Position numbers and translations under genes: made by a program
Shown: positions 19,419-27,554 of the stretch, piece after piece
How positions within the stretch are numbered: the stretch's first letter is position 1
Layout: each line of letters begins with the position of its first letter
The notes under the pieces: model-generated
What the model was told of the DNA's origin: nothing
The model's database searches: none
What the model saw: the letters and a program-made list of their open reading frames with translations, nothing else
Source: Edaphobacter aggregans
Lineage (GTDB): Bacteria; Acidobacteriota; Terriglobia; Terriglobales; Acidobacteriaceae
Reading direction: 5' to 3'
Assembly: GCF_003945235.1 (NCBI RefSeq)
Contig: NZ_RSDW01000001.1
Coordinates: 570,001 to 602,000 of the forward strand
DNA: 32,000 nucleotides

Positions 19419-20711
19419 TCACCCAGTCAACACCGAGCATTTCTTCAGAAAATCAGGATCGATATCCACCCCGAACCCCGGCCCCGACGGCACCTGAATA
19501 ACGCCGTTGCTGTCGCTCCTAAGGCTCGATGTGTCACAGTGATAAGGCAATTCGTTATTAAACTCCTTGAACTCGTGATACGGCCCCGAGTTCGATATCG
19601 CCGATACAAAATGCATCATGTACACATACCCCAGTCCCGTCGATGAGATATGCGGTATGCACTGCTTCCCAAAGGCATTCGCCATCCGCGCCACCTGCAT
19701 GCAGCGAATCATGCCGCCGAAGTAAAACATATCCTGCTGCACAATCGAGAGACCGCCGTTAGCAATCAGCCAGCGGAAATTATGGGTGCTGGGCTCCTGC
19801 TCTCCCCCGGCAATCGGAATATCAAGAGCATCGGCAACCTGCCGAGTCTCCTCATACCAGTCGAACGGAACAGGCTCCTCATAGAAGGCATACTTGTACT
19901 CCTGCATAAGCTTACCGATGGGGATGGCTTCAGCGGGCGTATAGGATCCGTTGGAGTCGGCGGAGATCACCATCTGATCGCCGAAGGTCTTGCGGACAAG
20001 CGGTATCAGCTTCTCGCTCCGTCCCACCGGATACTCCGCATGAGACATCCGCCCGCCAAGCTTGAACTTGATTGCCTTGGCATTCGAGATCGCAACGTCA
20101 CGCTTCAGATGATCAATAGTCTCTTCGGCCGAGATATCGCGCTCCCCATTCGCCTGGTATACCGAAATCCGGTCGTTATAAATCTTGTCGCCGATCAGCA
20201 GCCCTATCGGCTTCTTCGCCATTTTGCCGAACATATCCAGAATCGCGAACTCAATCGTCGCAATCGGAACCCAGATCGCGAGTCCCTGCGCCTTGTAGTT
20301 GTTTTCATACACGGTAGCGGCAGGAATCAGCTCCTCGATGTCACGCGCATCCTTCCCAATAAAAAACGGAGCGATATGCTTCACGAACATCGGGTACAGC
20401 ACCTCCATCTGCTGCGCATTCGAGACGGACAGCCCCTCATGCCCATCCTTGGAACGCACGCGGCAGAGATACTGCTTCTTGTTGTGCAGCAACTCGATCG
20501 ACTCGATGATGACCGGATCGGCAAAAAGCTCGCGCTTGAAGACCGGCTGTTTCAGGATGGCGTCAAGCTTGGCATACCTCTCTTTGAGAGTCCCGGGCAA
20601 ACCATGCCGTGGTGCATTGAGAAACTGAGCCCGCGCTGCAGTAGGGATGGCCCCTGCAATCGCGCCACTTGAAAGAGTATTCGTAATAAAGCGGCGCCGT
20701 GTGGTGTTCAT
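19419..20711 (-). CDS. Enolase-superfamily (mandelate racemase/muconate lactonizing enzyme family) protein with a Tat signal peptide
   Basis: Track ORF of 430 aa. N-terminus MNTTRRRFITNTLSSGAIAGAIPTAARAQ is a twin-arginine motif with an AxA site. Catalytic-type blocks are KFKLGG, ISADSNGSY, FYEEPVP, IAGGEQE and QQDMFYFGG. Confidence 0.8.
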   Translation of the reverse strand: MNTTRRRFITNTLSSGAIAGAIPTAARAQFLNAPRHGLPGTLKERYAKLDAILKQPVFKRELFADPVIIESIELLHNKKQYLCRVRSKDGHEGLSVSNAQQMEVLYPMFVKHIAPFFIGKDARDIEELIPAATVYENNYKAQGLAIWVPIATIEFAILDMFGKMAKKPIGLLIGDKIYNDRISVYQANGERDISAEETIDHLKRDVAISNAKAIKFKLGGRMSHAEYPVGRSEKLIPLVRKTFGDQMVISADSNGSYTPAEAIPIGKLMQEYKYAFYEEPVPFDWYEETRQVADALDIPIAGGEQEPSTHNFRWLIANGGLSIVQQDMFYFGGMIRCMQVARMANAFGKQCIPHISSTGLGYVYMMHFVSAISNSGPYHEFKEFNNELPYHCDTSSLRSDSNGVIQVPSGPGFGVDIDPDFLKKCSVLTG

Positions 20712-20799
20712 GATGATGCGATCTCCCTGAGCGGGCTGGTCGATTCAGCCCTCGATGCCAGTCTAACGAAAGACCATCAAGGCACGCCGACCGAACATA

Positions 20800-22860
20800 A
20801 TGTCTTGCCAATGCGTGTACGCTAAGCGATGCTTAGAGCCGATGCCCGCTAAGAACACTCTCGCGTCGCCCTCTGAGGAGGCGACAAATCCGTCTTCACA
20901 ACCCGGAAAACGCATAAGCGGCACAGGGCAGATGGCAGACCTCGTCCGGACGCACGATTGGAGTTCTACCGCCCTCGGCCCCATCGATACCTGGTCGGAC
21001 ATTCTCCTCTGCTCCGTCAATCTCATGCTCTCCTGCCAGTTCCCTACCGTCATCTTCTGGGGACCGGAGATGATCCAGTTCTACAACGACGGCTACCTCC
21101 CTCTCATGACAGAAAAACACCCTCGAGCACTAGGCCAGGCGGCACCCGAGTGCTGGAGGGAGGCTTGGCACATCGTCGGCCCTCAGGCTGAGGCTGTCAT
21201 GATGCGGGGTGAGACCACCTATAAAGAGAATGTCCTCATCCCCGTAACACGCAACGGCCGCCTCCAGGACATCTACTGGACCTACAGCTACAGCCCCATC
21301 TACAGCTCACACGGAGAGATCGACGGCATATTTATCGCCTGTCATGACGTCACCAATGAGTTCCTCGCAATGCAAAAACTGCGCGAGAGCGAGGAGCGTG
21401 CCCGCCTCGCCCTCGCAGCCGCCGACGGTGTAGGCACCTGGGACTGGGACGTACCCAACGACCTGGTGTATGCCGATGCCAGTTTGGCCCAACTGTACGG
21501 CGTCGATCCGGCAAAGGCCGCTGCTGGGGTTACCATCACCGAGTTCACCCAAAATATTCTCCCCGACGACCGGGAGCGCGTCGAGGCGGCAATCCAGAAC
21601 GCCCTCCACCGCTGCGAGGAGTTCGACGCCGAATACCGCCTGATGCAGCCAGACGGCACCGTCCGCTGGGTCGAAGCGGTGGGACGCTGTAGCCCCGGAC
21701 CCGACGGTGCTCCCGCACGCTTCCCCGGCGTAACTATCGACATCACCGACCGCAAGCGCACCGAAGAAGCTCTTCGTGAAATCGAAGCGAGGTTCAACTC
21801 GATCTACAGCACCAGCCTCGAATACATCGGAATATTGACTCCCGACGGCATCCTCCTCGATTGCAATCGTGCCTCGCTTCAATTCGGCAACAACACCCGC
21901 GAAGAGGTCATCGGCAAGCCCTTCGCAGACACACCATGGTTTGCCTACACACCCGGCGCTCCAGAGATGGTGCGTCAAGCAGTCGCGCAAGCCGCAACCG
22001 GAAAGTTTATGCAGCAGGAAGTGTCCCTCAACCGGCCCTCCGGCGAAACCATCACCTTTGATTTCTCCCTTGCCCCGGCTCGCAACTCAAAAGGCGATGT
22101 CATATTTCTCGTTCCCGAAGGACGGGACATCACCGAACTCAAGCGAGCGGAGGCAGCGCTGATGAAGAGCGAAAAGCTCGCCGCCGTCGGCCGCCTCGCA
22201 AGTTCCATCGCGCACGAGATCAACAATCCGCTCGAGTCCGTCACGAACCTCATCTATCTGGCGCAACAACATGCCACTGCCCCGGAAGTCCAGAGCTTTC
22301 TCAATACGGCGGATCAGGAGCTGAGACGCATATCGGCCATCGCGAACCAGACATTACGCTTCCACAAGCAAGCCTCGAAACCTCAGGCTATTAGCTGTGT
22401 AGAGCTTTTCTCAACCGTGCTCAGCATCTTCGAAGGCAGACTGAGAAACTCGAACATCACCGTTGAGAAACGAAAACGCGCGCTGCAGCCGATTGTTTGC
22501 TTCGCAGGCGACGTTCGCCAGGTGCTGACCAACCTGGTCGGCAATGCCATCGACGCCATGCCGACAGGCGGACGCCTCCTGATTCGAAGCCGTAATGCGA
22601 CGGACTGGACCACAGGACGAAAGGGGCTTGTCCTCACAGTTGCGGATACCGGATGTGGCATGGATTCATCCACTTTGGAGCAAATCTTCGAGCCTTTCTT
22701 CACAACAAAAGGCATCGGAGGAACTGGCCTGGGACTATGGGTAAGCCAGGAGGTCGTAGCGCGCCATCACGGAGCACTTCGCGTCCACAGCAGCCAACGC
22801 GAAGCCAACAGCGGGACTGTCTTCGCCCTCTTCCTCCCCTTCGATGTCGCCGTCCACTAG
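20800..22860 (+). CDS. Cytoplasmic multi-PAS sensor histidine kinase
   Basis: Track ORF of 686 aa. N-terminal PAS-like block LVRTHDWSSTALGPIDTWSDILL...WGPEMIQFYNDGY. Two further PAS domains. HisKA box SIAHEINNPLESV and HATPase block GTGLGLWVSQEVVARHHG. No TM segments and no cognate regulator adjacent. The start could be Met15 or Met45. Confidence 0.85.
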   Translation: MSCQCVYAKRCLEPMPAKNTLASPSEEATNPSSQPGKRISGTGQMADLVRTHDWSSTALGPIDTWSDILLCSVNLMLSCQFPTVIFWGPEMIQFYNDGYLPLMTEKHPRALGQAAPECWREAWHIVGPQAEAVMMRGETTYKENVLIPVTRNGRLQDIYWTYSYSPIYSSHGEIDGIFIACHDVTNEFLAMQKLRESEERARLALAAADGVGTWDWDVPNDLVYADASLAQLYGVDPAKAAAGVTITEFTQNILPDDRERVEAAIQNALHRCEEFDAEYRLMQPDGTVRWVEAVGRCSPGPDGAPARFPGVTIDITDRKRTEEALREIEARFNSIYSTSLEYIGILTPDGILLDCNRASLQFGNNTREEVIGKPFADTPWFAYTPGAPEMVRQAVAQAATGKFMQQEVSLNRPSGETITFDFSLAPARNSKGDVIFLVPEGRDITELKRAEAALMKSEKLAAVGRLASSIAHEINNPLESVTNLIYLAQQHATAPEVQSFLNTADQELRRISAIANQTLRFHKQASKPQAISCVELFSTVLSIFEGRLRNSNITVEKRKRALQPIVCFAGDVRQVLTNLVGNAIDAMPTGGRLLIRSRNATDWTTGRKGLVLTVADTGCGMDSSTLEQIFEPFFTTKGIGGTGLGLWVSQEVVARHHGALRVHSSQREANSGTVFALFLPFDVAVH

Positions 22861-23921
22861 CCGGAAGAAGCTCCGTATAAAATCCCCGACGTAAACTCCC
22901 TGATCGACTCAGCGCTCTGAACCAGCATCTCCCTCTCGTTCGCGGTCAAGCCGCCGACTCCTTCAGGCTGCCACCCTGTTCGACTCAAAGCGACCGGCAC
23001 CCCGCAGACTCCGCCTATTCCCAGAACCTCACCCTCCAGCAGCACCTGTCCATGGATACGTCTGCTGTCATTCGCAAGCACTGCTTCAAGACAGTGCAGC
23101 GTCGCATTTGCCGTCGCATTCGGCGTGGAATGCATGCATTGCATCGTAATGAACGGCTCAACGAAGATGCGCGCATCCGGCAGCGCACGCCGTGCCACTT
23201 CATAGGCCTCCGGAATCTGATGCGTCTCCAGTAGTTGAACGACCTCCGCCTGCAGTCTCGCAACGCGCTCCTTCAAAGGCGCATTCCCCGCCCTTTCCCT
23301 CAGATCACGAAGAGCATCCAGCAAGGAAGGACTCGCCAACATCAGTTCCACCGCACTCCACACCGGAACCATGGCCTGCCCATGTTCCCCCAGCACGCTG
23401 GCGCGCACATACCGCCTGCTGATTCCCAGGTCTCTTGCAATCGCCCTCGCAAACCGTAGTGAATCCTGCTCCGCTCCCATCCCCACCACGCGCCTGCGAT
23501 CAACACTGTTCGCCAGAATCTGCACCCCCAGTTCCACCGGATTGCTCACAACAATGAAGAGCGCGTCCGGCGAACTGCTGGCGCACTCTTTAGCAATATG
23601 CTCGAAGATCGGTCGGTTCTGCGCTCCCAGATCACGCCGGGTCTTCACCTCCGGAGAGAGCGTAGCCCCTGCCGTCACCACGACAATATCGGCGTCGACA
23701 TCGCCGATATTCGGCACCATCTCAATCTCGACACGCTCCTCATCGAACGCATCCAGCAGATCGATCCTCGTACCAAGCAGCTTCTTTTCGCTTGAACTCG
23801 CCCCATGCCCCACAAGCTGGAGCCTGTCCCCCGGTTCCAGCAGATCGCTGCGCAGAATCTGCGTCGCCAGCATCCCTCCCACCGCGCCCGAAGCTCCGAG
23901 GATGGCGACCGAGATCGACAT
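22857..23921 (-). CDS. LDH/MDH-family 2-hydroxyacid dehydrogenase, atypical subfamily
   Basis: Track ORF of 354 aa. ILGASGAVGG is the NAD fold, VVSNPV, GMGAEQDSLRF is the substrate Arg, LGEHGQ is the catalytic His. The specificity loop is unusual (AGATLSPEVKTRRDL). Its stop overlaps the kinase stop as CTAG. Confidence 0.78.
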   Translation of the reverse strand: MSISVAILGASGAVGGMLATQILRSDLLEPGDRLQLVGHGASSSEKKLLGTRIDLLDAFDEERVEIEMVPNIGDVDADIVVVTAGATLSPEVKTRRDLGAQNRPIFEHIAKECASSSPDALFIVVSNPVELGVQILANSVDRRRVVGMGAEQDSLRFARAIARDLGISRRYVRASVLGEHGQAMVPVWSAVELMLASPSLLDALRDLRERAGNAPLKERVARLQAEVVQLLETHQIPEAYEVARRALPDARIFVEPFITMQCMHSTPNATANATLHCLEAVLANDSRRIHGQVLLEGEVLGIGGVCGVPVALSRTGWQPEGVGGLTANEREMLVQSAESIREFTSGILYGASSG

Positions 23922-24000
23922 GCAGTCAGTATGTCAAAATCCCAATCACAGAGACATGGCAAAATGAGCAGACGGCAATAGCCTGTTCGCTGGAGATTCC

Positions 24001-25065
24001 ATGGCAGATATAAATGTAGCGGTTATCGGCTTCGGCCTTGCAGGACGAGTCTTTCACGCCCCCTTCGTCAGCGCCGTACCCGGCCTAAAGCTCGAAGCCA
24101 TCGTCCAGCGCCGCGGAGACGAAGCCGCCAAAGCCTACCCTGCCACCCGCCTCCTGCGCTCCGCCGAAGAGGCATTCGCCGATCCGGCCATCCAACTCAT
24201 CGTCGTCGGCACCCCAAACGAGACCCACTTCGACCTCGCCAAACGCGCCCTCCTCGCCGGCAAGCATGTCGTCATCGACAAGCCCTTCGCCGCCACCAGC
24301 GCCGAAGCAAAAGAACTCGGCGACCTCGCCGCCGCCCGCAACCTCGTCCTCGCCCCCTTCCACAACCGCCGCTGGGACGGCGACTTCCTCACCGTCCGCA
24401 AAGTCATCGAGGGCGGTAAGCTCGGCCGCATCGTCACCTATGAGTCACACTTCGACCGCTTCCGCCCCCTTCCTCGCGAGGCCACATGGAAGGAGTCCGG
24501 CAACGACGCCAACGGCCTGCTCATGGACCTCGGCCCCCACCTCGTCGATCAGGCCCTCGCACTCTTTGGCCCACCCGAAGGCATCACCGCCAGCGTCCGC
24601 CGCGACCGCGATCAGACCGACATAGAAGACGCCTTCGACATCACGCTTCATTACCCGCGCCTGCTGGCCCACTGCCGCTCCACCATGCTCGCCTGTGACG
24701 CCGCCCCGCGCTTCCTCCTGCACGGCACACGCGGCAGCTTCAAGAAGTACGGCCTCGACCCCCAGGAACCCGCCCTCGTAGCCGGAGCCCGAGTCCCCCG
24801 CATGGGCGAAGGCGACTGGCTGGCCGAAAACGAAGCCGACTGGGGAACCCTCACCGTGGCCCCGGTCCCAGCCGACCCCGCAACCCTGGTGCGAACCCCC
24901 ATCAAGACCGAATTCGGCGACTACCGCAACTACTACGCCAACGTTCGCGACGCCATCAACGGCACTGCCCCCCTGACCGTAACCCCACAAGACGGCTACC
25001 GCGTCATCCGCCTCCTCGAACTAGCCCGCCAAAGTAGCAAAGAAGCCCGCACCTTACCGGCCTAA
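24001..25065 (+). CDS. Gfo/Idh/MocA-family NAD(P)-dependent oxidoreductase
   Basis: Track ORF of 354 aa. MADINVAVIGFGLAGRVFHAPF is the Rossmann N-terminus and GKHVVIDKPFA is the family EKP-type motif. Confidence 0.85.
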   Translation: MADINVAVIGFGLAGRVFHAPFVSAVPGLKLEAIVQRRGDEAAKAYPATRLLRSAEEAFADPAIQLIVVGTPNETHFDLAKRALLAGKHVVIDKPFAATSAEAKELGDLAAARNLVLAPFHNRRWDGDFLTVRKVIEGGKLGRIVTYESHFDRFRPLPREATWKESGNDANGLLMDLGPHLVDQALALFGPPEGITASVRRDRDQTDIEDAFDITLHYPRLLAHCRSTMLACDAAPRFLLHGTRGSFKKYGLDPQEPALVAGARVPRMGEGDWLAENEADWGTLTVAPVPADPATLVRTPIKTEFGDYRNYYANVRDAINGTAPLTVTPQDGYRVIRLLELARQSSKEARTLPA

Positions 25066-25356
25066 ATCTAGATCACGATAGAAAATAAACGGTTGGTTTA
25101 TATATTGTTATCTCAATTTCTGAAAGCAATACTTTAGCCTACGAAGGTCGCAATTGCCGAGATATCCACAGCTCTTTCGAAAATAAAAGCCTCAAAAGTG
25201 CCGAAATTCTTGCTGTCAGAAAAGTGCCGTCCACTAACCAGCATTGCCACACTTTCCACCGCTAAGTGACCACAAAAACACCACAACTACCACCCATTTT
25301 CCTCAAAACCCCCAGCAAAAACGCAGAAAACCACCGCTAAAAAAAACTGCACAAAT

Positions 25357-26055
25357 TTACCGCTGCCCGTACGTCGCCTTGGCCCCATGCTTCCGAAAAT
25401 AATGCCGGTCCAGCAGAGCCTGCGACACTCCCTCCGACGTAGCCTTCAAAGTCAGGGTTCGATAAGCCATCCGAGCCACAGCCTCCAGCACCACGGCGTT
25501 ATGAGCCGCATCATCCGGGTTCTTCCCCCAGCAGAATGGCGCGTGTCCAGCCACCAGCACCCCAGGAACCGCCATAGGATCAATCCCCTGTTCCCTGAAC
25601 CTCTTCACAATCGCCACGCCGGTCTCATGAACATACTGTCCCGCACAGGCCTCATCGCTCAAAGGCTCAGTCACGGGCACAGCCCCATAGAAGTAGTCCG
25701 CATGCGTAGTCCCCAACGCAGGAATCGCCATCCCCGCCTGCGCAAAGCTCGTCGCATACTCCGAGTGCGTATGAACAACCGCGCCAATACTGCGGAATTC
25801 GCGATACAGCAACGTATGCGTATCCAAATCCGAAGAAGGTCTCAGATCACCATCAACGATCTTGCCATCAAGATCCGTTACCACCATGTGCTCAGGCCGC
25901 AACTCGTCATAATCAACCCCCGAAGGCTTGATAACGACAAGCCCACGCTCACGATCGATGCCGCTGGCGTTCCCAAACGTATAGAGCACAAGCCCGCGCT
26001 TGACGAGCTCAAGATTGGCTTCAAGGACCGCGATACGCAGATCTTTCAACATCAT
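25357..26055 (-). CDS. araD: L-ribulose-5-phosphate 4-epimerase
   Basis: Track ORF of 232 aa. It is colinear with E. coli AraD throughout (VLEANLELVKRGLV, FGNASGIDRERGLVVIKPSGVDY, VHTHSEYAT, GTTHADYFYG, HYFRKHGAKATYGQ). Confidence 0.92.
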   Translation of the reverse strand: MMLKDLRIAVLEANLELVKRGLVLYTFGNASGIDRERGLVVIKPSGVDYDELRPEHMVVTDLDGKIVDGDLRPSSDLDTHTLLYREFRSIGAVVHTHSEYATSFAQAGMAIPALGTTHADYFYGAVPVTEPLSDEACAGQYVHETGVAIVKRFREQGIDPMAVPGVLVAGHAPFCWGKNPDDAAHNAVVLEAVARMAYRTLTLKATSEGVSQALLDRHYFRKHGAKATYGQR

Positions 26056-26180
26056 GATTCAAAGCTCCGGCCACAGAGATGGAATGCTTACGCACAGATA
26101 TTGCAGTGCGTTGGTTACAGAATAGACGACCACCCTGAAATGGGCATTATCACAGGGCTTTGCTTGTTAGAGTTAATGAC

Positions 26181-27419
26181 ATGACGAGTGAGTTGAAGAC
26201 AAGTGGACAAGCCCTCCCGCGAGGCTTTCGGTGGGCCGCCGTGAAGGCTGGAATCAAAGCGAGTGGAAACCTGGATGTAGCGGTCGCTGTTGCAGACAAG
26301 GTAGCAAACGCCGCAGCGATGTTTACAAAAAACCAAGTCGTAGCCGCACCTGTAACGGTGGGGCGGAGGCATCTGATCTCGACCGATGGGCGTGTGAGCA
26401 CGGTGCTGGTGAATGCAGGAAACGCAAACTGCGCTACCGGCCAGCCGGGGATCGACGCCTGCCTAGAGACCTGCGTGGCCGCAGCTGAGATGTTTCACTG
26501 CATCTTTGATGAGGTCTTCCCTTCCTCGACGGGGATAATTGGCGTGCCGTTTCCGAGCGATAAGGTGGTTGCTGCGTTGCCCGCCGTAGAAGCTGCGTTG
26601 GGATCTACGGCGGCACATGCCGAACTTTTCGCGCAGGCGATTATGACCACGGATACGAAGATGAAGGTGGCTCGCGCTGTCATCGATGTGGATGGGGTGG
26701 AGGTTGTCATCTTCGGAGCAGCGAAAGGGGCGGGGATGATCCATCCGCAGCTGGGTGGTCCGGTGGGGCCTCCGCATGCGACGATGCTGGTCTATCTGTT
26801 TACCGATCTTGAGGCAGCGAGCGCGCAGTTGAGGTCACTGCTGGAGCCGGCTGTGGAGCGCAGCTTCAACTGCATCTCGATTGATGGCGATACTTCGACG
26901 AACGATACGGTGCTTTTGCTTGCGAGCGGGGCCAGCGGAGTCAGGCTGGACGATCGGGTTTGCGAAGCGTTTGAGAACGCGCTGAAGCTGGTTTGCGGAT
27001 CGCTGGCCCACCAGATTGTGGACGACGGCGAAGGTGTGACGCATGTCGTGACGCTCCATGTGACGGGAGCCCGGACTGAAGCTGAGGCGAAGCAGGTGGC
27101 GAAGGCGATTGCTCACTCACCGCTATGCAAGACGGCGTGGTCGAGCGCTGATCCGAACTGGGGACGGCTTCTGGCTGCCGCCGGATATAGTGGCGTGGAG
27201 TTCGATCCGACTTTGGTGACCATTGCGATTGGAGAACAGCCGGTGTTCGAGGGTGGAATGCGGTCTCCGGCGTTCGATGAGGCGGCTGCTCACGCGGTCA
27301 TGAAGCGGCGGGAGTACACCATTGCTCTGGATCTTGGCCAAGGGAATGCCGAATGCCGTTTTGTGACGTGCGATTTCACCGAGGAGTATGTCCGGATCAA
27401 CGCGGACTATTCGACTTAG
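26181..27419 (+). CDS. argJ: Bifunctional glutamate N-acetyltransferase / amino-acid acetyltransferase
   Basis: The track ORF is trimmed to ATG 26181 (MTSELKTSGQALPRGFRWAAVKAGIK). It has the autoproteolytic site PHATMLVYLFTD and the C-terminal tail EEYVRINADYST. Confidence 0.92.
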   Translation: MTSELKTSGQALPRGFRWAAVKAGIKASGNLDVAVAVADKVANAAAMFTKNQVVAAPVTVGRRHLISTDGRVSTVLVNAGNANCATGQPGIDACLETCVAAAEMFHCIFDEVFPSSTGIIGVPFPSDKVVAALPAVEAALGSTAAHAELFAQAIMTTDTKMKVARAVIDVDGVEVVIFGAAKGAGMIHPQLGGPVGPPHATMLVYLFTDLEAASAQLRSLLEPAVERSFNCISIDGDTSTNDTVLLLASGASGVRLDDRVCEAFENALKLVCGSLAHQIVDDGEGVTHVVTLHVTGARTEAEAKQVAKAIAHSPLCKTAWSSADPNWGRLLAAAGYSGVEFDPTLVTIAIGEQPVFEGGMRSPAFDEAAAHAVMKRREYTIALDLGQGNAECRFVTCDFTEEYVRINADYST

Positions 27420-27554
27420 CGCGGTAATCGCCTCAAAAGAGGCCTATCCTGAAGCAATAGATGACGTTTGCGCCTAAGACGGATTATCTTTAGAGACGGC
27501 ACGTTGCAACGCCCATTGATGACCCTCGTGAATATAGGGATATAAGGATTGCTT

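Noticed and set aside
17825-19497. Stack of long ORFs around xylB: 424 aa on minus, plus 318 aa, 192 aa and 150 aa in other plus frames.
   Set aside because: The xylB frame matches E. coli XylB block by block. The others are Gly/Ala/Glu- or Pro/Arg/Ser-rich artefacts of a very high GC3 gene with few stop codons in any frame.
25160-25340. Seven same-orientation CCAC(A/C) cores that could be read as a degenerate DnaA-box cluster.
   Set aside because: The stretch is almost pure A/C, so CCAC is expected about this often by chance. Only ATATCCACA (25162-25170) is within one mismatch of TTATCCACA. This is not enough to call an oriC.
26056-26180. DnaA boxes or an unwinding element in the araD|argJ divergent spacer.
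   Set aside because: The best candidates are TTACGCACA (26088-26096, two mismatches) and TTATCACAG (misaligned core). The spacer is only 125 bp, is not notably AT-rich, and must also hold two promoters. No origin call is made from this spacer alone.
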